A stretch of 64,000 bases of DNA, from NCBI GenBank assembly GCA_016871615.1, contig VHCX01000006.1, positions 5,171 through 69,170 on the forward strand, written 5' to 3'. This document shows positions 33,146 through 42,966 of this stretch, one piece after another; the stretch's first letter is position 1; the number at the start of each line of letters is the position of its first letter. This stretch comes from Verrucomicrobiota bacterium (GTDB taxonomy: Bacteria; Verrucomicrobiota; Verrucomicrobiia; Limisphaerales; UBA9464). The position numbers and the translations under genes were made by a program. The notes below the pieces were generated by a model. That model made no database searches. It saw only the letters and a program-made list of their open reading frames with translations, and was not told where the DNA came from.

Positions 33146-33754
33146 TCAGGGTTTCTCCGGGAGGACCTCGCCGTGGGCACCGAGCTCGAGACCCATGCGG
33201 CCGTACTTCTCCGGGGCGACATCGCGCTTGAGATCGCGGGTGATGGGCTCGTGCGACACCTTGTCCTGCAGGCGCATCAAGGCATCCAGCAGCGCCTCGG
33301 GCCGCGGGGGGCACCCCGCCACGTAGATGTCGACCGGCAGGATGTTGTCGACCCCCTGCAGCACCGCGTAGCTGCGGTACATGCCACCGGTAGAGGCGCA
33401 GGCCCCCATGGCGATCACCCACTTGGGCTCGGCCATCTGTTCGTAGATGCGCCGGACCGCCAGGGCCATCTTGTAGGTCACCGTGCCGGCCACGATCATG
33501 ACGTCGGACTGGCGCGGCGAAAACCGCATGACCTCGGAGCCGAAGCGGGAGATGTCGAAGCGGCTGGCACCCACGGCCATCAGCTCGATGCCGCAGCAGG
33601 CAAGACCCATCGGCATGGGCCAGAGGGAGTTCTTGCGGAACCAGTTCAGGGCCGCGTCCACCGTGGTGTGAACCACTTCACCCTCGATTTTCGTGTTGTA
33701 CCCGAACTCGGTGGTGGTCTTGCCGCCGATTACGGCCTGGGACGTTGCATCCAT
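33146..33754 (-). CDS. nuoB: NADH-quinone oxidoreductase subunit B
   Basis: [26 protein letters not shown]. Confidence 0.96.
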   Translation of the reverse strand: MDATSQAVIGGKTTTEFGYNTKIEGEVVHTTVDAALNWFRKNSLWPMPMGLACCGIELMAVGASRFDISRFGSEVMRFSPRQSDVMIVAGTVTYKMALAVRRIYEQMAEPKWVIAMGACASTGGMYRSYAVLQGVDNILPVDIYVAGCPPRPEALLDALMRLQDKVSHEPITRDLKRDVAPEKYGRMGLELGAHGEVLPEKP

Positions 33755-33841
33755 AAACCAAAAGGGCGGGGAGTGTTCCCCGCAGACATGGCAAACTATG
33801 TTTCCGATTCCCCGGGCAGCAAGCGGCTTTTGTGAATTTTT

Positions 33842-34435
33842 TCACAAAGTCCCCGGAAAACCGGGGTCGTCGCCCGGTTCGGGCGGGACCGATCGCCGCG
33901 CCATGCAGACCACGTCGTCCACCCGTCCGTCGAGCCGGCGCATCGCCCGCTTCACCCCCTCCACCTCGAAGCCGCAGGCGCGGTACAGCGCCACGGCGGC
34001 GGTGTTGGAGCCATAGACCTCCAGTTCGACCCGCTCGAACCCCGCCCCGGCGGCCGCCCCGAGCGCCCGGTCGATCAGGGCCCGGCCAAGGCCCCGCCCC
34101 CTCCAGCCCGCGACCACCCCCATGCCCAACCGTCCGTTGTGCTCGTAGCCCGGGTAGGGATAGAGCCGCACGATGTCGCACCAGCCGACCACGAGCGGGC
34201 CGGCCACGGCGACGAACTGCGGGACCCCGGCCGCCCGGTTGATCGCCAGGAAGGCATGGGTCTCAGCCTCGGAGAACGGCTCGACGGCGGCCAGCCAGCG
34301 ACGCTCCCGGGCCACCGAGCCGAGGGCCTCGCGCAGCGCCGGCGCATGGGCGGGGTCGGTGGGGACGATCGACACGCCCGCCGGCCAACCGGGGGCGGGA
34401 CGGGCGGGCAGCGACGGGCTCGGGGAGGGATCCAT
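33842..34435 (-). CDS. GNAT-family N-acetyltransferase
   Basis: LGMGV...WRGRGLG, N.AAVALY...GFEVEG. Confidence 0.85.
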   Translation of the reverse strand: MDPSPSPSLPARPAPGWPAGVSIVPTDPAHAPALREALGSVARERRWLAAVEPFSEAETHAFLAINRAAGVPQFVAVAGPLVVGWCDIVRLYPYPGYEHNGRLGMGVVAGWRGRGLGRALIDRALGAAAGAGFERVELEVYGSNTAAVALYRACGFEVEGVKRAMRRLDGRVDDVVCMARRSVPPEPGDDPGFPGTL

Positions 34436-34637
34436 GGGTCGGGACGCGAACACCCGGACCCAAGGCTGGCCGATCCGGCGCCGGAAAGTCCAGCCGGCTC
34501 GACGGCGCCTCCGGGGGCGGGCCTTCGGATGGGCCCCGATCCCACGGTGTGGACCTGGCCGTTCTCCGGCGACCCCGGCGCCTTGCGGCGACCCTCCCCC
34601 TCGACGGTGGCGATGCCACAAAAAGCGAAAACGGCCG

Positions 34638-34690
34638 TTGACACCCGGACCGGTGTTTGGTTCTTTCTCCGTCCCCCTTTCCCGGGGGGA
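34638..34690 (+). promoter_or_regulatory. Probable rplU promoter (-35 TTGACA) and short leader hairpin
   Basis: TTGACA at 34638 with a poor -10; TCCCCC/GGGGGA hairpin at 34672-34690 just before the ATG. Confidence 0.4.
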
Positions 34691-34698
34691 TTGTTTTT

Positions 34699-35010
34699 AT
34701 GTACGCTGTTCTGGAAACCGGCGGTAAGCAGTACCGCGTCGCCGCTGGCGACACCCTCGAGATCGAACTCCTTCCCGCCACCGCGGGCCAGGTCCACACC
34801 TTCGACCGCGTCCTCCTCATCAACAAGGAGGGCAACGTCACCGTGGGCACCCCGGTCATCGCCGGCGCCACGGTCAAGGCCGACGTCGTCGAGCACATCC
34901 GGGGCGACAAGGTCGTCGCGTTCAAGATGCGCCGCCGCAAGGGCTACCACAAGAAGATCGGCCACCGCCAGGAACTCACCGTGGTCAAGGTCACCGAGAT
35001 CAACGGCTGA
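34699..35010 (+). CDS. rplU: 50S ribosomal protein L21
   Basis: MYAVLETGGKQYRV...KIGHRQELT. Confidence 0.97.
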   Translation: MYAVLETGGKQYRVAAGDTLEIELLPATAGQVHTFDRVLLINKEGNVTVGTPVIAGATVKADVVEHIRGDKVVAFKMRRRKGYHKKIGHRQELTVVKVTEING

Positions 35011-35052
35011 CCCTGGCGCACCACCCAACGACAGGCATTTTTTTTCAGGCTT

Positions 35053-35310
35053 ATGGCTCACAAGAAAGGTCAGGGAAGTTCCCGCAACGGACGCGACAGC
35101 GTCAGCAAGCGCCTGGGCGTCAAGGCGTTCGGCTCCGAGTTCGTGACGGCGGGCAGCATCCTCGTCCGCCAGCGCGGTTCCAAGTTCTCGGCCGGCTCCC
35201 ACGTCGGCACCGGCCGCGACTGGACGCTCTTCGCGCTCAAGGACGGAACGGTGCAGTTCGACAAGGCCCGCTCCCGCGTCAGCATCGTGCCGGCGGCCGT
35301 CGCGGCCTGA
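35053..35310 (+). CDS. rpmA: 50S ribosomal protein L27
   Basis: [16 protein letters not shown]...KRLGVK. Confidence 0.97.
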   Translation: MAHKKGQGSSRNGRDSVSKRLGVKAFGSEFVTAGSILVRQRGSKFSAGSHVGTGRDWTLFALKDGTVQFDKARSRVSIVPAAVAA

Positions 35311-35336
35311 CCGGTCCCCCCGCGGCTTATCGAATC

Positions 35337-35427
35337 TTTGGGCGTTCTGGATCCTTGGGCGTTCTCGGCCCTCGGGCCGTTCAAGGGGTTGGCCGTTCAA
35401 CGGGGTTTGGAACGCTCAAGGGGCGTT
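35337..35427. repeat. Degenerate ~17-bp-period repeat in rpmA-obg spacer
   Basis: GGGCGTTCT x2, GGCCGTTCAA(C)GGGG x2, GGAACGCTCAAGGGG. Confidence 0.5.
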
Positions 35428-35695
35428 TCATGGATGGCTACGGACCGTTCACGACTCCCTGGATCCGTGCCGGAACTCGTCCGAAGATCCGCTCCCGGAT
35501 CCGTACCGCCCTCCACGGCACGCACCGACGCGGTCCCCAACGATGTGAACCACGGCCGGGACGGGACCGACCGCGGCTCCCCGGACTCGGTCAGTCTCCA
35601 AGGCGAGGCCTGCAGGCCTCGCCTTGGTCTTGTCGGCCTCCCCGGGTGCCGACGGGAACCTCGCTTTCCGGATCGGTTCTGTCATTTTCCAGGTC

Positions 35696-36919
35696 ATGTT
35701 CGTCGATGAGGTCAAGGTGTTCGCCCGTGCCGGTCACGGGGGCAAGGGTGCGGTCGCTTTCCACCGGGAGGCCTACATCCCAAAGGGCGGGCCGAGCGGC
35801 GGCAACGGCGGCCGGGGTGGCGACGTCATCCTCGAGGCCGACCACGACCTCAACAACCTGATCCAGCAGTTCTTCGTCTCCAACCTGCTCGCCGAGAACG
35901 GCCAGGGAGGCATGGGCAAGGGCATGGACGGGAAGGCGGGCAAGGATCTGGTCATCAAGGTGCCCTGCGGGACCATCGTCTGGCGTCTGGACCGGGAGCC
36001 GGAGGCCCATGGGGCCGGGGACGATTCCGGGGAGGGCGGCGAGGGCGAGGGCGGCGAGGACGACGCGGAGGAGCCGCTGATCCTCTCCGCCGCCGGCACC
36101 GACCGGCCGGTCATCCGGCATTCCGGGGGCGTGCAGGCCGTCGAGCTGGACCTGGGCGCGGACGACGACGACGACGGCCTCAGCGGTTCCCAGCGGCGCG
36201 ATGCCCGGAAGGGCGAGCGGGTGTGCGACCTCACCGAGCATGGCCAGCGCTTCGTGCTCTGCCACGGGGGCCGGGGCGGCTTGGGCAACCGCAACTTCGC
36301 CACGGCGGCCCGTCAGACCCCGCGGTTCGCCCAGCCCGGCGAGGCCGGTGACGAGGGTGACTTCCTCTTCGAGCTGCGGATGATCGCGGAGGTGGGCCTC
36401 GTGGGCTATCCCAACGCCGGCAAGTCCACCCTGCTGACGGCGATTTCCAAGGCCCGACCCAAGATCGCCGCCTACCCCTTCACCACGCTCACCCCGCAGG
36501 TGGGCATCGTGGAGTATCCCGAAGACTACCACCGGCTCACCGTGTGCGACGTGCCGGGCCTCATCGCCGGGGCCCACCGCAACGTCGGCCTCGGGCACGC
36601 CTTCCTGCGTCACATCGCCCGCTGCCGGATCCTGGTCGTCCTGCTCGACATGGCCGGCACCGACAACCGGCACCCCTGGGACGACTACCGCAGCCTGCTC
36701 GAGGAGCTCGAGCTCTACGACCCGTCGCTGCTCGAGCGACCCCTCCTGGTGGTCGCCAACAAGATGGACGAGCCCCCGGCCGAGGCGAACCTCAAGGCCT
36801 TCAAGCGCCGCGTGCGCAAGACGCCCGTGCTGCCGATCTCCGCCGCCTTCGACGAGGGCATCGCCGCGTTCCGCAAGACCATCCGCCAGATGGTCGAGGA
36901 GGCCGGGACCGAAGGCTGA
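35696..36919 (+). CDS. obgE: GTPase Obg/CgtA
   Basis: MFVDEV...GGPSGGNGGRGG, GYPNAGKS, YPFTT, DVPG, NKMD; follows rplU-rpmA. Confidence 0.95.
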   Translation: MFVDEVKVFARAGHGGKGAVAFHREAYIPKGGPSGGNGGRGGDVILEADHDLNNLIQQFFVSNLLAENGQGGMGKGMDGKAGKDLVIKVPCGTIVWRLDREPEAHGAGDDSGEGGEGEGGEDDAEEPLILSAAGTDRPVIRHSGGVQAVELDLGADDDDDGLSGSQRRDARKGERVCDLTEHGQRFVLCHGGRGGLGNRNFATAARQTPRFAQPGEAGDEGDFLFELRMIAEVGLVGYPNAGKSTLLTAISKARPKIAAYPFTTLTPQVGIVEYPEDYHRLTVCDVPGLIAGAHRNVGLGHAFLRHIARCRILVVLLDMAGTDNRHPWDDYRSLLEELELYDPSLLERPLLVVANKMDEPPAEANLKAFKRRVRKTPVLPISAAFDEGIAAFRKTIRQMVEEAGTEG

Positions 36920-36985
36920 GCCTGCCGGGGCCCGCCGGATTGGGTCTTGGTAAGCCCCGGGTCGTGGCGTACAACGCTTTCCGCC

Positions 36986-37738
36986 ATGCCCCGACTCGTC
37001 TTCGACATCGAAACCTCGGCCGTCGGACTGGAGACCTTCGACGAGGCCCAGCAGGAGTACCTGTTCCGCGAGGCCGAGCGCCAGCCGACCGAGGAGGACA
37101 AGGCCCGCAAACGCGCCGAGATCTCGCAGCAGTTCAGCCTCTGGCCGTTCACGGCGCAGGTCGTGTGCATCGCCATGATCAACGCCGATTCCGGCAAGGG
37201 GCAGGTGCTCTACCAGTCCGACGACTACGACGAGGAATCCCTCAAGGCGGGCGAGGCGACCGAGGACTCCGCCGCCGCCGGCGCGGGCATCGAGTTCGCC
37301 CCGCAGGTCGACGAGGTGGAGCTGCTCACGGCCTTCTGGGACGTGGCCAAGCGCTACGACGGCATCGTCACCTTCAATGGCCGAGGCTTCGACGTGCCCT
37401 TCCTGTACCTCCGCTCGGCCCTGCTCAACGTGCCCATCACCCGCAAGGATTGGCTGGGCTACCGCTACCAGACCGAGCCGCACTGCGACCTGGCCGAACA
37501 GTTCACCTTCTACAGCGTGAGCGGACGCGACGGCGCGGCGCGGAAGTTCAACCTCGACTTCTACTGCAAGGCCTTCGGCATCCCCTCGCCCAAGGCCATG
37601 GGGGTCACGGGCATGGACGTCGGCACGCTGCTGGCCGAGGGCCGGCACCGGGAGATCGCCGAGTACTGCCTGCGCGACGTGGCGGCCACGGTGGAGCTGC
37701 ACAAGGTCTGGGAGGCGCGGCTCAAGGGCATCAAGTGA
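36986..37738 (+). CDS. Stand-alone 3'-5' exonuclease (PolB-exo / RNase H-like, DEDDy)
   Basis: VFDIET, TFNGRGFDVPFL, HCDL, YCLRDV. Confidence 0.8.
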   Translation: MPRLVFDIETSAVGLETFDEAQQEYLFREAERQPTEEDKARKRAEISQQFSLWPFTAQVVCIAMINADSGKGQVLYQSDDYDEESLKAGEATEDSAAAGAGIEFAPQVDEVELLTAFWDVAKRYDGIVTFNGRGFDVPFLYLRSALLNVPITRKDWLGYRYQTEPHCDLAEQFTFYSVSGRDGAARKFNLDFYCKAFGIPSPKAMGVTGMDVGTLLAEGRHREIAEYCLRDVAATVELHKVWEARLKGIK

Positions 37739-37831
37739 TCCGGACGTGGCAGGGCTCGAGCCGATGGTCCGAACCCCGGGCGAAGGCCCGCGTGTTTTGA
37801 CTTCGACGGCCTCCCCCATACCCTCCGCCGC

Positions 37832-39151
37832 ATGCATATCGTCCGCGTTTCGGATGCCGACCACGCCGCCCGGCTCGACCAGGCGGCGGCCGCTTCGTCC
37901 CTGTTCGACCCCGTCATCGAGGAACGGACGCGCGCCATCCTCGAGGCCGTGCGCACCCGGGGCGACGAGGCCCTGCTGGAGTTCACCGAGCGCTTCGACA
38001 AGGCGAGGCTGACCGCCGGGCAGATCCCGGTGACCCAGGCCGAGCGGATGCAGGCCTCGCTCCTGGCCGGCCCGGGGCTGCGGGCCGCCGCCGCCGATGC
38101 CACCCGCAACATCGCCGCCTTCTCCCGGCGGTCGCGACGCCGCGACTGGTCGGCCACCAACTCGCATGGCGCCCGGGTGGGCGAGGTCTTCCAGCCCTTC
38201 CAGCGGGTCGGCATCTACATCCCCGGCGGCACGGCGCCGCTGGTCTCCACCGCGCTCATGACCATCACTCTGGCCAAGGTCGCGGGCTGCCCCGAGATCG
38301 TGGTCTGCACGCCGTGTGGCGCCGACGGGACGATCAATCCCGCACTGCTCTTCGCGGCCAACTTGGCCGGCGCCACGGAGATCCACCGCGTCGGCGGGTC
38401 GCAGGCCATCGCGGCCATGGTGCACGGCACCGCCACCATCCGGCCGGTGCACAAGGTCTTCGGCCCTGGCAACGCCTACGTCGTGGCCGCCAAGCGGCTG
38501 CTCTTCGGGCACGTCTCGGTCGACCTGCTGCCCGGGCCCAGCGAGACGCTGGTGGTGGCCGACGACTCGGCCGACCCGCGCTTCATCGCGGCGGACCTGC
38601 TGGCCCAGGCGGAGCATGGTTCCGGCCATGAGCGCGTGTGGATGGTCACCCCGTCGGCGCGTCAACTGAAGGCCGTGGAGAAGGAGATCGCCCGCCAGTT
38701 GCCCGCCCTCGGCCGACGGGACTTCATCCAGAAGGTGCTCGACGCGAACACCTGGCTCATCCAGGTCCGGGACCTGGAGGCCGCCGTGGCACTGGTCAAC
38801 CGGCTGGCCCCCGAGCACTGCGAGATCATGACGCGGAACCCCCGGGCGCTGGTGCCGAAGATCCACGCCGCCGGCGCCATCTTCCTCGGCCAGGGCTCGC
38901 CGACGGTCCTGGGCGACTACATCGCCGGACCCAGCCACGTGCTGCCCACGGGCGGGGCCGGCCGCAGCTTCGCCGGCCTCACCGTCGACCAGTTCCAGCG
39001 GCGCACCAGCGTCGTCGAGTACACCAGGCCCGCGCTGCGCAAGGCGCTCCGGGGGGTGGCCACCTTCGCCGGCCTCGAGGGTCTCGACGGCCATGGACGC
39101 TCGGCGGCCATCCGGCTCGAGGAGCCGGCGGCGGGCACCCGGGCGCGTTGA
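37832..39151 (+). CDS. hisD: Histidinol dehydrogenase
   Basis: GIYIPGG, GPGNAYV, PGPSE, DLLAQAEH, APEH, GPSHVLPT. Confidence 0.96.
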   Translation: MHIVRVSDADHAARLDQAAAASSLFDPVIEERTRAILEAVRTRGDEALLEFTERFDKARLTAGQIPVTQAERMQASLLAGPGLRAAAADATRNIAAFSRRSRRRDWSATNSHGARVGEVFQPFQRVGIYIPGGTAPLVSTALMTITLAKVAGCPEIVVCTPCGADGTINPALLFAANLAGATEIHRVGGSQAIAAMVHGTATIRPVHKVFGPGNAYVVAAKRLLFGHVSVDLLPGPSETLVVADDSADPRFIAADLLAQAEHGSGHERVWMVTPSARQLKAVEKEIARQLPALGRRDFIQKVLDANTWLIQVRDLEAAVALVNRLAPEHCEIMTRNPRALVPKIHAAGAIFLGQGSPTVLGDYIAGPSHVLPTGGAGRSFAGLTVDQFQRRTSVVEYTRPALRKALRGVATFAGLEGLDGHGRSAAIRLEEPAAGTRAR

Positions 39152-39186
39152 GTCACCCGGGAGTCGGGCCTGACCAGGGTGGGGGT

Positions 39187-39224
39187 GGCTTGTGTCAATA
39201 GTGAGGACAGACCCTTTTGGGATC
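39187..39224 (-). repeat. Solo copy B of RAYT-flanking repeat
   Basis: Reverse complement reads GATCCCAAAAGGGTCTGTCCTCACTATTGACACAAGCC. Confidence 0.9.
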
Positions 39225-39256
39225 TTGTTCACGGGGGTGGGGGTGTGGTGGACTCC

Positions 39257-40054
39257 ATGGTCATGAGTTCAATACGCTGTCAGGGGTGGCTGCGGCGGGT
39301 GGCGGTGCTGGCGCTTGCCTGGGTGGCGGGCTGTGCGACGGAGCCCGTGACGGGGCGAAGGCAGTTCCGGATGACCGGTGCGAGCCAGGAGGTGGCCCTG
39401 GGCCTGAGCACCTTCGAGGCGCTCAAGAAGGAGACGCCCCTCAGCAAGGATGCGGCGAAGCGGGCCCTGCTGGAGAAGGTCGGCCGCCGGATCGCCGCGG
39501 TGTCGGGCATGACCGGGGCCCAATGGGAATTCATGCTCTTCGAGAGCCTTCAGGCCAACGCCCTCTGCCTGCCCGGGGGCAAGGTCGGCATCTACACGGG
39601 CATCCCGCCCATCACCCGGGACGAGGCGGGGCTGGCCACGGTGATCGGACATGAGGTGGCCCATGCGCTGGCCCGCCATGGCGGTGAACGCATGAGCGTG
39701 GCCAAGGGCCTCGAGCTGGCCGGCATCCTCGGCGGGCAGGCGATGTCGCAAAGCCAGTACGCTCCGTACTTCCAGCAGCTCTATGCGCCCGTCTCGCAGG
39801 TGGCCGTCGCCCTGCCCCACAGCCGGACGCAGGAACGCTCCGCCGACGAGATCAGCCTCATGCTCATGGCCCGGGCCGGCTACGATCCGGCCGAGGCGGT
39901 CGGGTTCTGGGAACGCTTCGCCGCCCACAACCGCGCCGCCGGAGGACAGACCCCTTGGTTCCTGCGGACCCATCCCCTGGACCAGCAACGCATCGCCCGC
40001 ATCCAGCAACTGCTCCCCAAGGCCAAGGCCGAGTTCCGGCCCGCCACACCCTGA
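39257..40054 (+). CDS. M48-family Zn metallopeptidase lipoprotein
   Basis: Lipobox VAGC; NALCLPGGK; HEVAH; ExxAD; THP. Confidence 0.88.
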   Translation: MVMSSIRCQGWLRRVAVLALAWVAGCATEPVTGRRQFRMTGASQEVALGLSTFEALKKETPLSKDAAKRALLEKVGRRIAAVSGMTGAQWEFMLFESLQANALCLPGGKVGIYTGIPPITRDEAGLATVIGHEVAHALARHGGERMSVAKGLELAGILGGQAMSQSQYAPYFQQLYAPVSQVAVALPHSRTQERSADEISLMLMARAGYDPAEAVGFWERFAAHNRAAGGQTPWFLRTHPLDQQRIARIQQLLPKAKAEFRPATP

Positions 40055-40058
40055 CCCC

Positions 40059-40733
40059 ATGAAGCACCCCTCCCACGCACCGATCGCCCTTGCCGCCCTT
40101 CTGGTCCTGCCCCTTGCCCCGGGTTGCGGCTCCTCCGGGCCGAAGGCCGCCGGCCGGCAGGCCACGCCGCCATCGGGCGACGCCCCGGTGGTGACCTCGA
40201 CAGGCCTGCCGTACCGGCCGACCGCCCCGGTGGCCTACGTGGAACCTCCGGCAGGTTTCCGCGCGGCGGCGATCGGTCCGACCCCGCTGGCCACCGTGCC
40301 GTCCGTCCGACCCGAGCCCCTCCTGCTGGCCTCGCCGCTGCGGCCCTACCGCGAGCCGAGGGCGACCAACCTCTGGGTCAACGCGGCCAAGGGCTGGCGT
40401 GGCACGCCCTTCCGCGTCGGTGGATCCGACCGGCAGGGCGCCGACAGCGCCGGCTACGTCGTGCAACTGCACCGGGAAGTCTCGCTGGCGAGCCTGCCGC
40501 CCACCCCCGCCGAGATGTGGACCTTCGGCAGCCCGGTCGGGATCGCCGCCTTCGCCCCCGGCGACATCGTCTTCTTCGGCGACCTCAATTCGCTCTCGCC
40601 GATCCACGTGGGCATCTACGTGGGCGACCGCTCCTTCACGCACAGCAGCAACGGCCTCGGCGTGAGCTTCGCCTCGCTCGACGACACCTACTGGAAGCCC
40701 CGGTTCCTCGGGGCGCGCCGCCCGAAGCGCTGA
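40059..40733 (+). CDS. NlpC/P60-domain lipoprotein (catalytic Cys replaced by Ser)
   Basis: Lipobox APGC; GTPF..GG, GADSAGY, PGDIVFF, HVGIY, FTHSS, GARR. Confidence 0.8.
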   Translation: MKHPSHAPIALAALLVLPLAPGCGSSGPKAAGRQATPPSGDAPVVTSTGLPYRPTAPVAYVEPPAGFRAAAIGPTPLATVPSVRPEPLLLASPLRPYREPRATNLWVNAAKGWRGTPFRVGGSDRQGADSAGYVVQLHREVSLASLPPTPAEMWTFGSPVGIAAFAPGDIVFFGDLNSLSPIHVGIYVGDRSFTHSSNGLGVSFASLDDTYWKPRFLGARRPKR

Positions 40734-40784
40734 GGCGGGCACGCCACCCCGGTCGGGTGGAGCCTGGAGCCAACGGGGGCGCCA

Positions 40785-40812
40785 GTCGTGCCCCGGTCGT
40801 GCCCCGGTCGTG
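40785..40812. repeat. Short tandem repeat (GTCGTGCCCCG)x2.5
   Basis: Read directly between convergent genes. Confidence 0.6.
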
Positions 40813-40830
40813 ACGGAGGCCCGCCGGGAC

Positions 40831-42783
40831 TCAGCGCGGCAGGGCCTCGGGCAGGTCGGCGATGGCGTACACCATCGCAGCCATGGCGGCCGAGCAGCGG
40901 GCCAGCGCCTCGGGATCCACCTTGTCGACGGTGTCGGCCTCGGTGTGGTGCACCCGGAAGTACCGCGTGCGGTCGACCTGCAGCGACATCACCGGCACGC
41001 CCCGTTCGAGCAGCGGGGCGATGTCGGCGGCCACGCCCCGCGAGTCGGCCTTGCCGGCGCCGAGGCGTTCCCCGAGGTAGGCGTGGACCGGGGCGAGCCT
41101 GGCGCGCGCGGCGTCGCTGCCGGTGAAGCCGAAGCCCAGCGGCGTGAAGGTGCCGGCGTCGGCCTCCAGCGCCACGACATGCCGGGACAACTCGTCGGCA
41201 TGGGCGTCGCGATAGCCGAGCGCGCCGCGCCCGCCCGATTCCTCGTGCGTCCAGAGCACGCAGCGGACGGTGCGCCGCGGACGCAGGCCGAGCCGCTTCA
41301 TCCAGCGCAGCGCCTCCCACGCGGCCACGCAGCCCCCGCCGTCGTCCTGGGCCCCCTGACCGACGTCCCAGGAATCGATGTGTCCGCCGAGCACGACGAT
41401 CTCGTCGGGCCTCTCGCGGCCCCGGATCTCGGCCACGACGTTGCGGTTGGTCGCCGTGCCCCGCCCGGACGCCGACATCGTGAGGTGCAGGGTCACCGGC
41501 CGGCCCCGGGCCACCTCGCGGGCGATGCGGCCGGCGTCCTCCGGGGCCAGCGCCGCGTGCGGGATGCGGGGCACGCCCTCCTCGTAGCGCATCACCCCGG
41601 TGTGCGGGGTCCGCAGCGAGTCGTCGGCCACCGAGCGAATGAGACTGGCGACGGCACCGGCCCGGGCGGCCTCGATCGCGCCCTGGGTGCGGAAGCGGAC
41701 GGTCTGCCCGTATTCCGTGAAGGGGGCGTCGAAGACGACGATGCGACCCCGGGCCTCGGCCGCCCGCTGCGACAGCTCGGCGAAGTTGGTCACCACGACG
41801 ACCGGAGCGCGGATGCCTTCCGGCGGGGTGCCCACGCTGCCGCCCAGGCCGAGCATCGGCAGGCGCTCACGACGCGGGGTGAGCATCTCCACCGACTCGG
41901 CCCCGCGCTCCCAGCGCGGCACCACCACCGGCTCGCCGCGCACGTTCTCGAGGCCGTCGTCGCGCATCCGGGCCAGGATCCAGTCCACGGCCGACTCCAG
42001 CGCCGGCGAGGCGCTGGGCCGCGCGCCGAAGGTGTCGCACAGCTCGGCCAGTCGGTCCCAGCCTCCCCGCGAGGCGAGCATGCCCGCGACCAGCCGGTCC
42101 ATCGCCGCCCGGGTCTCCACCGGCAGCGCGTCCGCCGGGGATGCCGGGGACGCAGACGCGGCGGCGATGGGCCGCCAGCCGAGGTTGCGCAGGGCCGCGG
42201 TGGTGCTCCACGAGGCGACGCCAAGGGGCTTGCTGCGCTCGATCTCGCCCTCGCGCAGCGACAGGCGCTTCCCACGCGTGTCGAGGTCGATGATCCGGCG
42301 CCCATCGAGCCAGACCGACACGTTGGTGGACACCACCCGCAGCCGCACCGCGTACCAGCGGCCGCTCTCGAAGCGCTCGAGCTGCGTGGTGGAGTTCTGG
42401 TTGGCGGAGTCGCCGTCGATGTTCGAGAGGCCGACGACGCTGCCGCCCCAACCCCCGACGATGAGCGTGAGATGGTCGGGCCCGACCGGGAAGGTCAGCC
42501 CGCAGAAGAAGTCGATGCCCAGCACGCGCTGGGCCTCGAGCGACAGCTCGTAGTCGACCGTGGGGAACTCGTTGGTCCAGTGGACGCCGGTGAGGATTCC
42601 CTGGTTCAGCACCAGCGTGCCGTCGCGCACCTCGATCTCGCCGGCGCCGGCGAAGGGCGTGGCCTCCCAACCGGCCTGGGTCTTGCCGTCGAAGAGGGGC
42701 TTCCAGGGAGACTCGGCGGCCCGGACGCCACCACCGACCAGCCATGCACCGAGAACCAGAGCCCGAAACATCCAGAGCTTCAT
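40831..42783 (-). CDS. Secreted DUF1080-like domain fused to M28 (carboxypeptidase Q-like) peptidase
   Basis: Signal peptide MKLWMF; LFDGKT..GW and DFFCGLTFP; then GGHIDSWD, GAQDDGGG, HEESG, EAD, HHT. Confidence 0.8.
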   Translation of the reverse strand: MKLWMFRALVLGAWLVGGGVRAAESPWKPLFDGKTQAGWEATPFAGAGEIEVRDGTLVLNQGILTGVHWTNEFPTVDYELSLEAQRVLGIDFFCGLTFPVGPDHLTLIVGGWGGSVVGLSNIDGDSANQNSTTQLERFESGRWYAVRLRVVSTNVSVWLDGRRIIDLDTRGKRLSLREGEIERSKPLGVASWSTTAALRNLGWRPIAAASASPASPADALPVETRAAMDRLVAGMLASRGGWDRLAELCDTFGARPSASPALESAVDWILARMRDDGLENVRGEPVVVPRWERGAESVEMLTPRRERLPMLGLGGSVGTPPEGIRAPVVVVTNFAELSQRAAEARGRIVVFDAPFTEYGQTVRFRTQGAIEAARAGAVASLIRSVADDSLRTPHTGVMRYEEGVPRIPHAALAPEDAGRIAREVARGRPVTLHLTMSASGRGTATNRNVVAEIRGRERPDEIVVLGGHIDSWDVGQGAQDDGGGCVAAWEALRWMKRLGLRPRRTVRCVLWTHEESGGRGALGYRDAHADELSRHVVALEADAGTFTPLGFGFTGSDAARARLAPVHAYLGERLGAGKADSRGVAADIAPLLERGVPVMSLQVDRTRYFRVHHTEADTVDKVDPEALARCSAAMAAMVYAIADLPEALPR

Positions 42784-42966
42784 GGCCGCACCATGCCCCG
42801 GGCCGGCCGGCGGCACAAAGCAGAAGGCGCCGGATCGACCGGGGCGACGGCAGACGCTCCCCGGGTCCGGTTTGCTGGCGGTCGGACAACCCACCTCGGC
42901 GACCTCCTGCGGTGGTCCACTGGTATTCTTCCCGGGCGCGGGGTGTCCTGCTATCGTGCCGGCCTC

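Noticed and set aside
35591-39232. 1213-aa minus ORF and the recurring peptide KGSVLTIDT in several ORFs
   Set aside because: Antisense shadow of obg-exo-hisD; the peptide is just the DNA repeat translated.
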